Assembly: GCA_036396515.1 (NCBI GenBank)
Contig: DASWKT010000210.1
Location: 1-36,508, forward strand
Length of the DNA stretch: 36,508 bases
Source of the DNA: Anaerolineales bacterium
Lineage (GTDB): Bacteria > Chloroflexota > Anaerolineae > Anaerolineales > Villigracilaceae
Reading direction: 5' to 3'
A model generated the notes under the pieces. That model was given only the letters and a program-made list of their open reading frames with translations. It was not told where the DNA came from and did no database searches. Position numbers and translations under genes: made by a program. Below, piece after piece: positions 18,037 through 26,651 of the stretch (within the stretch, counting starts at the first letter, position 1; each line of letters begins with the position of its first letter).

Positions 18037-18822
18037 TTAAAGAATTCCCTTCATCATCGCTTCAACAGCTTGATAGACTGGCGACTGATCCCCCAACTCC
18101 ACCAGCGGCCGGCCGGAAAATTCAAATGCGGCCAGATCATCATCGGCAGGGATGGTGCCGAGTAGAGGCAAATTCATTTTCTCCGTAAAAGTTTTAAGTT
18201 CAACAGGCATCCCGCCGCGCAGGCGATTGACGATGAGATAGGACTTCTCGATGTTGATATCGAGTTCCTTGCGCATGTCGGCGATGCGCTGTGCCGCGAC
18301 CAGACCACGCTGGGTCGGGTCGCTGACGATGAACAGATGTTGGACATCGCGCGTTGTGCGGCGCGAGAGATGCTCCATACCTGCTTCATTATCGATGACC
18401 ACGTAGGCATAATGCCGGCTCATGCCGTCGATCACCTCCCGCAAATTATGATTAACCGCGCAGTAGCATCCCTGCCCCTCGCCGCGTCCCATAGCGATCA
18501 GGTCAAAGCGTGAACCTTCAGCCAAAGATGAGCGGACATGATAATCAAGATAATCACGCTTGCTGACACCGCCTGGCATCGTGCCCATCGCCGCGCCGCC
18601 ATTGGACAGCGACGATTTGACTTGCTCCAGCATCCCTTCGCGAATATCACCGACTGTCCACTCCAGGTCGAGACCCAGTACCATATTCAGGTTTGAGGAT
18701 GGATCGGCATCGATCGCGAGAATACTACCCGTTTGATTCTGGGCAAGGTATTTGATGATCATTCCCGCGACGGTTGTCTTGCCGACACCGCCTTTACCTG
18801 CAAGTGCGATTGTGGTTGTCAT
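18037..18822 (-). CDS. cooC: CooC/AcsF-type nickel-insertion ATPase (likely ACS maturase)
   Basis: GKGGVGKTT, IDADP, GQGCYC metal motif and DNEAGMEHLSR. Confidence 0.9.
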   Translation of the reverse strand: MTTTIALAGKGGVGKTTVAGMIIKYLAQNQTGSILAIDADPSSNLNMVLGLDLEWTVGDIREGMLEQVKSSLSNGGAAMGTMPGGVSKRDYLDYHVRSSLAEGSRFDLIAMGRGEGQGCYCAVNHNLREVIDGMSRHYAYVVIDNEAGMEHLSRRTTRDVQHLFIVSDPTQRGLVAAQRIADMRKELDINIEKSYLIVNRLRGGMPVELKTFTEKMNLPLLGTIPADDDLAAFEFSGRPLVELGDQSPVYQAVEAMMKGIL

Positions 18823-19610
18823 TCCATTACCTCATCGTTCGTCAAGTGATTGAGCGTTTCACTGATCTGCCGAGCCGCGTCCCTCAAACTTTGAATATGT
18901 TCGTACACAGGAACGCCAAATCGATCAGCCTCCTGCACTCGCAAATCGGCAGGCAGATAACCTAGCAAAGGCAAATTTGGGGATTCCGCTTCAATGAATT
19001 CAACTTCTTCGTGACTACGAACTTTATTGCCTACCAGATATAACCGCATCAAGCCGATATCATTTGCGAGTTTCTTGATCTGCGCGGCAGTGCCCAGACT
19101 GCGCCGCGTGGGTTCAACAACCACAAGCATGGCATCGACAAAGTCGACAGTCGCCCGTCCGAGATGTTCCACGCCTGCATACATATCGAGTAATAGCATA
19201 TCATCCTTGCGAAACAAGAGATGAGTAAATAGAGTTTTGAGCATGGCAGATTCGGGGCAGATACAGCCTGAGCCGCCCAGATCCACACTCCCCATCTCCA
19301 GCAGCCTCACGCCGCGATAAAGTACGCTGAAGCGCTCAGGGATATCGTCCACGCGCGGGTTGAGGGTAAAGAAGCCGCCAACTGTTCCGGGCTTCGCACC
19401 TGTACGTTCCTCGATCAGCGCGTCCATTTCAGAGATCGGCTTGAGCTGCGCTCGCAAATCCGGGGGGAATCCCAATGCACCCGCGAGACAAGGACTGGGA
19501 TCTACATCTACAGCCAGCACCTGACGGCCCATGTCCGCGTACGTTTGCGCGAGCAGAGCTGTTAGTGTGGTCTTTCCAACGCCACCTTTGCCTGTAATCG
19601 CAAGTTTCAT
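18819..19610 (-). CDS. cooC: CooC nickel-insertion ATPase (likely CODH maturase)
   Basis: MKLAITGKGGVGKTT, GCICPE and AGVEHLGR. ATGA overlap with the next cooC. Confidence 0.9.
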   Translation of the reverse strand: MKLAITGKGGVGKTTLTALLAQTYADMGRQVLAVDVDPSPCLAGALGFPPDLRAQLKPISEMDALIEERTGAKPGTVGGFFTLNPRVDDIPERFSVLYRGVRLLEMGSVDLGGSGCICPESAMLKTLFTHLLFRKDDMLLLDMYAGVEHLGRATVDFVDAMLVVVEPTRRSLGTAAQIKKLANDIGLMRLYLVGNKVRSHEEVEFIEAESPNLPLLGYLPADLRVQEADRFGVPVYEHIQSLRDAARQISETLNHLTNDEVME

Positions 19611-19726
19611 AATGATTTCCTTGTCATAATCATTCTAAATTCTACCCTTTTTAGAGGATAGTGACAGAATTCCTCTTTTTAGCCGGATTAAGAACTGATG
19701 TCATGAATGACCACTACTCAGAGGTT

Positions 19727-20383
19727 TTAACGGGCCGCAATCAATTTGTGTGCCAGCATGCCACCCAGAACCGCGCATGCGTCAATCGGCAGGTAATGAT
19801 GTACAGACTCATCGAACAGAATCTTGCATGAGCATGGAAAGTCTTCATCGCCGAGCCAGTAGGTGACCAACAAGGGTACGCGTGACAAAGCTTGAAAGTT
19901 AAAAGAGGCGTCCCCGACCGAGATTTCCTTGCCGCCTGATACACTACATGCCTGCTTGAACCCTTCCAGATCCGGACCAAAACTTTTCGCAACTTCATCG
20001 CCACTGTAACCTTGAAATGCCCGGTTATACATACGTCCATTGGGCAAATCTGCAAAGGAGACCCATGTGTTGGTCAATGGCGCGTCATCGGCTTTGATCA
20101 GATAATACAACATAAGCGCTTGTTGCAAATCAGGAAGAGGGTCATCTTTGTAATCCCAGCCCATCAGTTCGGGCCAGGAGAGGATACAGGCATTTCCCCA
20201 TAACGGAATACGCAATTCGCCGCGGCCAGGACCAAGCTCCAGATAGGCAGCGCCGCTGCGCGCGGCAACCTGGCCTGGGTCCTGAAACCGAAGCGATACG
20301 CGCAAATCCTGGGCACGGTCTGCCAATTGTGTGGAGGCCATCTCTGATCGGGAGGGCCTCCAATCTCTTCCAAAGTTAGACAT
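19727..20383 (-). CDS. DUF3786-domain protein
   Basis: LYYL...WVSFADLPNG...GDASF...ALSRVPLLVTYWLGDEDFP...ILFD...YLP. This family typically accompanies corrinoid/Wood-Ljungdahl genes. Confidence 0.82.
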   Translation of the reverse strand: MSNFGRDWRPSRSEMASTQLADRAQDLRVSLRFQDPGQVAARSGAAYLELGPGRGELRIPLWGNACILSWPELMGWDYKDDPLPDLQQALMLYYLIKADDAPLTNTWVSFADLPNGRMYNRAFQGYSGDEVAKSFGPDLEGFKQACSVSGGKEISVGDASFNFQALSRVPLLVTYWLGDEDFPCSCKILFDESVHHYLPIDACAVLGGMLAHKLIAAR

Positions 20384-20466
20384 TATTTGTATTTATTGCC
20401 ATTATATCTTTTCGATCTTCAAAATCTTCGTAATCTAACTGTCTTAGGTACATTTGTCAGATTTTC

Positions 20467-20511
20467 TAATGACAATATTCACAACTTCATGCGCGGTCAA
20501 GATGCTAGAAT
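20467..20511 (+). promoter_or_regulatory. Putative acs operon promoter (extended -10) with an upstream Rex-like box
   Basis: TGcTAGAAT at 20503-20511. TAATGAC-aata-TTCACAA at 20467-20484 has a perfect right half of the Rex consensus TTGTGAA-N4-TTCACAA and 3 mismatches in the left half. Confidence 0.4.
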
Positions 20512-20585
20512 AATAACAGGAAGAGTCTATATCTTTAGAGGTGTCTTCTTGCAGGGTCATCATCCATTTCATAGGAGGTGTCTCA

Positions 20586-20996
20586 GTGAAGACCAAAACG
20601 TTTGAAGCGCCTACACTTTACGCGGATCACCATGTCACAGAAGTGCGGCGTATCCTTGGGGGACTTGATGGTGTCCAAGATGTATATGCCAGCAGTGCTT
20701 TTCAGGTTATTGAAGTGACCTACGATGAGAATAAGATCAACGATCTGGAAATTGCCATCAAACTGGATGAAGCCGGTTATCTTGGTGAATGGACAATACC
20801 CATTGAAATGGCGACTGCGGCTCAACAAGGTGATGGAAAAAAACCTTATTTCCGGCACACAACCACCTACGAGACAACAAAACAAACTGTCAGTTTTGCT
20901 CAAAAGGTGAACTATAAAGGGCGCCCGCTCTGGCATTGCCCGGGCATGGGCGCGGTCACGATGGAAGAGGAGGTGGGTCATGCCGAGGAAGCGTGA
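20586..20996 (+). CDS. HMA (heavy-metal-associated)-like domain protein with YADHH in place of CxxC
   Basis: GTG start at 20586 after AGGAGGTG. KTFEAPTLYADHHVTEVRRILGGLDGVQDVYAS...IEVTYDENKI...KLDEAGY follows the CopZ-like pattern. C-terminal extension contains WHCPGMG. Overlaps the cooS start. Confidence 0.75.
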   Translation: MKTKTFEAPTLYADHHVTEVRRILGGLDGVQDVYASSAFQVIEVTYDENKINDLEIAIKLDEAGYLGEWTIPIEMATAAQQGDGKKPYFRHTTTYETTKQTVSFAQKVNYKGRPLWHCPGMGAVTMEEEVGHAEEA

Positions 20997-22998
20997 AATA
21001 AATGAGTATTCAACCGACCCTGCCGCTCAGCAAATGCTGATCCGCGCCCAGGAATTGGGCATCGGGACAGCTTTTACGCGCGCTGACAACATGGTTCCTT
21101 GCAACATCGGCGCGGCAGGCATGTGCTGCAAACAATGCGGCATGGGACCCTGTCGTTTGACCAAGAACGGCGAAGTCGGCGTTTGCGGCGCGACTCTGGA
21201 TACGATCCAGGCACGCAATCTGACGCGTGCCATCGCAGCAGGCAGCGCGGCGCATTCCGATCATGGCCGCGATATGGCCTTTTTGCTCAAAGCTGCAGCA
21301 AATGGTGAAGCAGAGGGATACGGCATCCGCGATGTTGCGAAATTACGAATTGTCGCCTCGAAGTACAACCTCAGGATTGAGGGCCGTGCACCAGAAGAAA
21401 TCGCAAATGATCTGGCAGACTTATATATTTCACAATTCGGCCAGCAACGGGGCGAACTCGTCCCTGCGCTACGCGCCCCGAAGAAGAGACAGCAGATCTG
21501 GCGTGAGCAGAACATTTGGCCGCGCGGCGTGGATCGCGAAGTCGTCGAGGCGTTACATCGAACACACATAGGCGATGACCAGGATCCTGAGCATATCCTG
21601 AATCATGCCCTACGGACTGCCATGGCAGATGGCTGGGGCGGCTCGATGATCGCCACCGATATCTCAGACATTCTATTCGGTACACCAGCGCCAGTTTTAG
21701 GACAGGCGAATCTCGGCGTGATCAAAGAAGACATGGTCAATGTAATCGTACATGGACACGAACCCAGCCTGAGCGAAATGATCGTGGCCGCCTCGCAAGA
21801 TCCGGAGATCATTGAATATGCAAAAGCGGCGGGAGCAAGAGGTGTCAATCTCTCTGGCATTTGCTGCACAGCCAATGAAATCCTTATGCGCCAGGGCATC
21901 CCAGCCGCGGGCAACTTCCTGCACCAGGAGCTTGCCATCCTGACCGGCGCGGTCGAAGCGATGGTCGTTGACGTTCAGTGCATCATGCAGGCATTGGTCG
22001 GGCTCGCACAGAACTTCCACACAAAGATCATTACCACTTCACCGAAGGTCCGCATTACGGGCGCAACCCATATCGAGTTCGATGAACACAAAGCATTGAC
22101 CGTTGCCAAGAATATCCTCAAAGTTTCGATTGATAACTTCAGGAACCGTGAGAACTCCAAAATCCGTATTCCACAGATAAAAGAAGACTTGATCCCTGGC
22201 TTCTCACATGAATACATCAATTACATGTTAGGTGGCTCATATCGTGCGTCGTTCCGCCCATTGAATGACGCCATCATGACGGGACGTATCCGCGGTGTGG
22301 CCGCAATTGTGGGATGCAATAATCCGCGCTCATCACAAGATTACCTGCACAATGTCGTTGTAAAAGAACTGCTCAAGAACGATGTGCTCGTCGTCCAAAC
22401 GGGGTGCGGCGCGATCGCCTCAGCCAAGTTGGGACTGATGTTGGGCGAAGCAGGCCTGAGCGAAGTCGGAAGCGGTTTGCGCGAGATTTGCGAGACAGTC
22501 GGCATCCCGCCTGTTCTTCACATGGGTTCGTGCGTAGACAACACGCGCATTCTAACGGTGCTGACCCAGATGGTCGAAGAAGGTGGGCTCGGCGACGATA
22601 TTGATCAGATCCCGGCTGTGGGTCTCGCACCGGAATGGATGAGCGAGAAGGCACTGGCAATTGCGGCGTATTGTGTGGCATCGGGCGCGTACGTCATCTT
22701 TGGTGGCGCTTCGCCCGTTAGCGGCATGCCCGACCGTATATCTGATAGTGATGCGGTATTGAAGTACATCGGCGAGGGCTGGGAAAAGATCTACGGCGGC
22801 AAACTGGAATTCATCCCCAATCCTGCCGAGATGATCCGTAAGACTCTCGAACATATCGACAAGAAACGCGCTGCGCTTGGCCTGCCTGAATACGACTCGA
22901 ACAAATTCGGGCGTTCTGGCGATGCAAAGATGAACGAACTCGAAGCGCTGCCGCTTGAAAAACGCCGCGCAGCAATTTACGGTGTCGCTGCGGATTAG
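20980..22998 (+). CDS. cooS: Anaerobic Ni,Fe carbon-monoxide dehydrogenase catalytic subunit (CooS/AcsA)
   Basis: D/B-cluster PC...CCKQCGMGPC...VCG. C-cluster ligand motifs HGHEP, GICCT, DVQC, GCNN, TGCG and HMGSCVDN, plus SEKA. Confidence 0.97.
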   Translation: MPRKREINEYSTDPAAQQMLIRAQELGIGTAFTRADNMVPCNIGAAGMCCKQCGMGPCRLTKNGEVGVCGATLDTIQARNLTRAIAAGSAAHSDHGRDMAFLLKAAANGEAEGYGIRDVAKLRIVASKYNLRIEGRAPEEIANDLADLYISQFGQQRGELVPALRAPKKRQQIWREQNIWPRGVDREVVEALHRTHIGDDQDPEHILNHALRTAMADGWGGSMIATDISDILFGTPAPVLGQANLGVIKEDMVNVIVHGHEPSLSEMIVAASQDPEIIEYAKAAGARGVNLSGICCTANEILMRQGIPAAGNFLHQELAILTGAVEAMVVDVQCIMQALVGLAQNFHTKIITTSPKVRITGATHIEFDEHKALTVAKNILKVSIDNFRNRENSKIRIPQIKEDLIPGFSHEYINYMLGGSYRASFRPLNDAIMTGRIRGVAAIVGCNNPRSSQDYLHNVVVKELLKNDVLVVQTGCGAIASAKLGLMLGEAGLSEVGSGLREICETVGIPPVLHMGSCVDNTRILTVLTQMVEEGGLGDDIDQIPAVGLAPEWMSEKALAIAAYCVASGAYVIFGGASPVSGMPDRISDSDAVLKYIGEGWEKIYGGKLEFIPNPAEMIRKTLEHIDKKRAALGLPEYDSNKFGRSGDAKMNELEALPLEKRRAAIYGVAAD

Positions 22999-23007
22999 GA
23001 GGCCCAC

Positions 23008-25299
23008 ATGTCAAAATATATCGCTACCCGAGCCATTCGCGGCGCAAACGCCCTGGTCACCGAAGCCGAGCTCATGCTCAACAAAGCATTGACGGAGAAG
23101 GGCGCGGACACACCTGTTTCGTTCCCCAACACAGCCTACTACCTCCCCACCATTCTTGGGATGACTGGTAAAGCCATAGAAAAAATTGGTGATCTCAAAC
23201 CCGTAATGGAACAAGCGCGGGATATGCTTCATCCGATTCCAGCAAACAACCATTGGACCCCCTATCTCGGTGAGACTCTCGACTCAGGGATGGCGACGCT
23301 GCTCGCGGCCGAGACAATTGAAGCTGTACGCTTCGCTTATAAGCTTCAGCCTGAACCTATGCCCAGATTCAAACTCGCTGGAGGCACTTCCTTCACAAGC
23401 CCTGATTCTGGCGGAAGTGACGGTGCGAGTCTCGACGGCCATCTCAACGGGCCGATTGACGATATTCAACTTCGCTCCTGGGGTATTCAATTAGTGGATG
23501 GTCGTATGCCTGGCTTTGCCGCGATCGTAGGGTGTGCCAAGTCGAATGAAGTCGCAGTCAAGATTGTGCGCGAACTCCAACGTCGTAATATATTGACCTT
23601 CCTTTCCGGAAATGTCAACGGACGAAGCATTATTCATCAACTGCAGGAAGAAGGTGTCGAGCTTGGCTACGATACGTACACGGTTCCATTTGGAACAGAT
23701 ACAATTTCAGCAATTTACGCACTTGGCTTTGCCACTCGTTCTGCTTTGACTTTCGGCGGAATGAAGCCCGGCATGTCGCGCGAGATTTTGCTCTATAACA
23801 AAGAGCGCGTCTTCGCATTCGTGCTGGCGCTTGGCGAAGTAGATGACTTGAAATACGCCGCAGCGGCAGGCGCGATCAACTTCGGCTTCCCTGTGATTGC
23901 CGATACAGTCATTCCTGAAATCCTTCCAACAGGTGTGACAACGTACGAGCACGTCGTCTCCATGCCGTTTGGCACGATTGACGGTAAGGATGATTTGGAA
24001 AAAGCCGAACGCTTGGTACAAAAATGTATCGAAGTACGCGGTGTCAAGGTCAAGGTTTCGAATGTTGATGTTCCTGTACCCTATGGCTCTGCCTTCGAAG
24101 GCGAAGTCGTACGAAAAGCAGATTTGCGCGTTGAATTTGGTGGCAAGCACTCGCGCGCGTTTGAGTTCCTGCATATGGCAAAACTCGATGAGGTCACCGA
24201 TGGCAAGATCGAAGTCATCGGCCCGGACTTCTCGCAAATCCCCGCACAAGGCTCCATGGACATGGGCATTGTCATCAAAGTTGCAGGACGCCAAATGCAA
24301 CAGGATTTTGAGCCTGTACTCGAGCGACAAATCCATTACTTCGTCAACGGCGCGAGTGGGATTCAGCATGTGGGTCAGCGCGACATCGCCTGGATTCGCA
24401 TCTCGAATGCCGCGGCAGACAAAGGCTTCAGCCTTGAATCGTTTGGCAAAATCCTGCACGCCCGCTTCCACGAGGACTTTGGCGCAATTGTGGATAAAGT
24501 TCAAGTGACCATTGTCACTGAACCCATACTTCACACCGAATGGCTGGAAAAAGCACGCATTGCGTATGACTTCCGGAACAAGCGTCTCGCTGACCTGACC
24601 GATAGCAAAGTAGACGAGTTCTACTCCTGTACGCTGTGCCAGTCCTTCGCGCCGAATCACGTCTGTGTGGTTTCACCGGAGCGACTTGGCTTGTGCGGCG
24701 CGTACAACTGGCTGGACTGCAAGGCTTCATTCAGTATCAATCCCACTGGCCCGAACCAACCCATCAAACTCGGTAAATCTATTGATTTCAGTAAGGGCTA
24801 CTGGGAAGGGACGAATGATTACGCCAGGATGGGCTCCCACGGCGTGGTACAGGAAGTTTCGATGTACTCCATCATGGAAAACCCAATGACCGCCTGTGGC
24901 TGTTTTGAGTGCATTGTGATGCTCATCCCGGAGGCCAACGGCGTGATGGTCGTTTCCCGAGAAGATACATCCATGACCCCCGCCGGCATGACCTTCTCTA
25001 CATTGGCAGGCATCGCGGGTGGCGGACTGCAAACTCCAGGCGTGATGGGCGTAGGAAAGTTCTATCTCATCAGCCCCAAGTTCATCTCAGCAGACGGCGG
25101 CTTCAAGCGTGTGGTGTGGATGTCGTCTGTACTCAAACAGTCCATGTCCGATGAATTCAAAGCTGTCTGCGAACGTGAAGGCGACCCTGATCTGCTCGAT
25201 AAGATTGCCGACGAAAAAAGTGTGACGACCGTTGACGAGCTGATGGCCTGGCTGGAGGCACACAATCATCCCGCCATGGCAATGGAGCCGATGTTCTAG
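23008..25299 (+). CDS. acsB: Acetyl-CoA synthase (bacterial type, with N-terminal domain)
   Basis: FPNTAYYLP. A-cluster motifs YSCTLCQSFAPNHVC...GLCGA and PMTACGCFEC. Confidence 0.97.
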   Translation: MSKYIATRAIRGANALVTEAELMLNKALTEKGADTPVSFPNTAYYLPTILGMTGKAIEKIGDLKPVMEQARDMLHPIPANNHWTPYLGETLDSGMATLLAAETIEAVRFAYKLQPEPMPRFKLAGGTSFTSPDSGGSDGASLDGHLNGPIDDIQLRSWGIQLVDGRMPGFAAIVGCAKSNEVAVKIVRELQRRNILTFLSGNVNGRSIIHQLQEEGVELGYDTYTVPFGTDTISAIYALGFATRSALTFGGMKPGMSREILLYNKERVFAFVLALGEVDDLKYAAAAGAINFGFPVIADTVIPEILPTGVTTYEHVVSMPFGTIDGKDDLEKAERLVQKCIEVRGVKVKVSNVDVPVPYGSAFEGEVVRKADLRVEFGGKHSRAFEFLHMAKLDEVTDGKIEVIGPDFSQIPAQGSMDMGIVIKVAGRQMQQDFEPVLERQIHYFVNGASGIQHVGQRDIAWIRISNAAADKGFSLESFGKILHARFHEDFGAIVDKVQVTIVTEPILHTEWLEKARIAYDFRNKRLADLTDSKVDEFYSCTLCQSFAPNHVCVVSPERLGLCGAYNWLDCKASFSINPTGPNQPIKLGKSIDFSKGYWEGTNDYARMGSHGVVQEVSMYSIMENPMTACGCFECIVMLIPEANGVMVVSREDTSMTPAGMTFSTLAGIAGGGLQTPGVMGVGKFYLISPKFISADGGFKRVVWMSSVLKQSMSDEFKAVCEREGDPDLLDKIADEKSVTTVDELMAWLEAHNHPAMAMEPMF

Positions 25300-25362
25300 G
25301 TAGACTTCTATATTGGTGGAACGCAATCTCCAATAATTGTTTGGTATACAAGGAGAATTATC

Positions 25363-25584
25363 ATGATCGATACATTAGGCATAAATTGGGGTCTTCTGAT
25401 TATCCAATTCCTAATCTTTGGGGGCTGGCCCTTATTCAGTCTAATTGCATTGTTCGCCTTACGTCGCAGCAATCTCACGGGAACCAATCAGGTTCTTTGG
25501 GCATTGCTCATTGTTGGAGTCCCAGTATTAGGTGCTTTGGCATTTTTTGTTGTACGTCCAACTGAGATTAGCCCTCGTCCGTGA
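25363..25584 (+). CDS. Small membrane protein, PLDc_N-like two-helix domain
   Basis: AAGGAG RBS. The pattern QVLWALLIVGVPVLGALAFFVVRP is typical of the PLD nuclease N-terminal domain. Confidence 0.72.
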   Translation: MIDTLGINWGLLIIQFLIFGGWPLFSLIALFALRRSNLTGTNQVLWALLIVGVPVLGALAFFVVRPTEISPRP

Positions 25585-25614
25585 CCTGATGACTGTCGGC
25601 GTGCCGACCTGCAA
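25574..25614 (+). repeat. 41-bp direct repeat, copy 1 (orphan copy of the CBS gene 5' region)
   Basis: 38/41 identical to 26064-26104. Confidence 0.9.
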
Positions 25615-25714
25615 GCGGAAGTGATCCAAATTCAATAGGTAAGCAGTTTGTGTTGCTCTTGAAATTCAGCGGATCGCTTTACCCTTTCAGGAAAAAAGAA
25701 GGAGATCATTCAAA

Positions 25715-26002
25715 ATGGCACCCAACGAGCTGGAGAATTATTTAGCTCTTCTTACGATCCGTCGGGCCGCATGGCGTCGAGACATAGTCATCTTAGGCGG
25801 AATATTTATTGTTTCCTTCCTATCAATAATTGCCCTCGGGCTGCTCGATCGATTAAGTGGAAGATCTTTGTACCTCGTAGTGGCGACGGTTGTCGCTATT
25901 GGATTTGGCTGCCTGACGACCTGGGTAAAACTTGAAATAACGAAGGGATTGGTTGAACTGCTCCCCTACCTTCAGCGTACTCTTGGCGGATCCCCCAAAT
26001 AG
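25715..26002 (+). CDS. Hypothetical membrane protein with 2 predicted TM helices
   Basis: AAGGAG RBS. Two hydrophobic stretches, IVILGGIFIVSFLSIIALGLL and LYLVVATVVAIGFGCLTTW. Confidence 0.68.
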   Translation: MAPNELENYLALLTIRRAAWRRDIVILGGIFIVSFLSIIALGLLDRLSGRSLYLVVATVVAIGFGCLTTWVKLEITKGLVELLPYLQRTLGGSPK

Positions 26003-26036
26003 AGCGGGTTCGTCGTTAGCACGGTCTGCTACGAAA

Positions 26037-26549
26037 ATGAACGTAACAACCATAAAACCTCTTCTCATCCGTGACCTGATGACCGTCGGTGTGCCGACCT
26101 GCAAATGGGAAACACCCATTGCGGATATCGCGCGCTTCCTGCTAGAGCACCACGTCGAAGCAATGTGTGTACTGGATGCAGAAGGTCACGGTATTGGCGT
26201 GGTCGGTGAACAAGAACTGATCGCGGCGTATGGCAAGGAGGATGTCCATTCGCTCAAAGCCGAAGATATCATGAGTGAAGGCGTGCCGGAATTGGGAGCG
26301 GATATTCCTTTGACGATCGCCGCACAAATGATGAAAGATAAGGGGATTCGTATTGCCTACATGTTGCACAACTCGGCAGGCATTATTTATCCTGCGGCGT
26401 ACATTTCCTACCGCCACATTCTGCGTCACATCGCGGCGAAGGATGAAAGCGATCTGAAGGATTTAGGTCTCGCAGCAGAGAGAAAATCGCCGATTGAAGT
26501 ATTTATTGAAAGAAGAGATGAAGCGAGAAGGAAAGCTGGATTAATTTGA
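26037..26549 (+). CDS. CBS-domain pair protein within the acs operon
   Basis: IRDLMTVGVPTC...IGVVGEQEL...AEDIMSEGV...AAQMMKDKGIR. ATG at 26037 is preferred over the ORF-track start at 25953. Confidence 0.85.
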   Translation: MNVTTIKPLLIRDLMTVGVPTCKWETPIADIARFLLEHHVEAMCVLDAEGHGIGVVGEQELIAAYGKEDVHSLKAEDIMSEGVPELGADIPLTIAAQMMKDKGIRIAYMLHNSAGIIYPAAYISYRHILRHIAAKDESDLKDLGLAAERKSPIEVFIERRDEARRKAGLI

Positions 26550-26630
26550 TGTCACTGCGAGCGAAGCGAAGCAATCTCAACTAACCTTTAGAAGGAGATT
26601 GCTTCGTCGCTCTGCTTCTCGCAATGACAT
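26549..26630. repeat. Palindromic miniature element (GTCA[CT]TGCGAG...GAAGCAATC...GATTGCTTC...CTCGCAATGAC family)
   Basis: Outer stem 26549-26561 with 26618-26630 (12/13). Perfect inner 12-bp stem CGAAGCAATCTC (26567-26578) with GAGATTGCTTCG (26595-26606). Confidence 0.85.
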
Positions 26631-26651
26631 ATCAGAAACAAGGAGGCACAC

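Noticed and set aside
20455-20474. CooA/CRP-type site TGTCA...TGACA upstream of cooS
   Set aside because: The spacer is 10 nt rather than the 6 nt of CooA/CRP boxes, and no cooA is in the window.
25363-25420. N-terminus LGINWGLLIIQ resembling ATP synthase subunit b
   Set aside because: The protein is only 73 aa, has no coiled-coil stalk and has no atp context; the rest fits PLDc_N.
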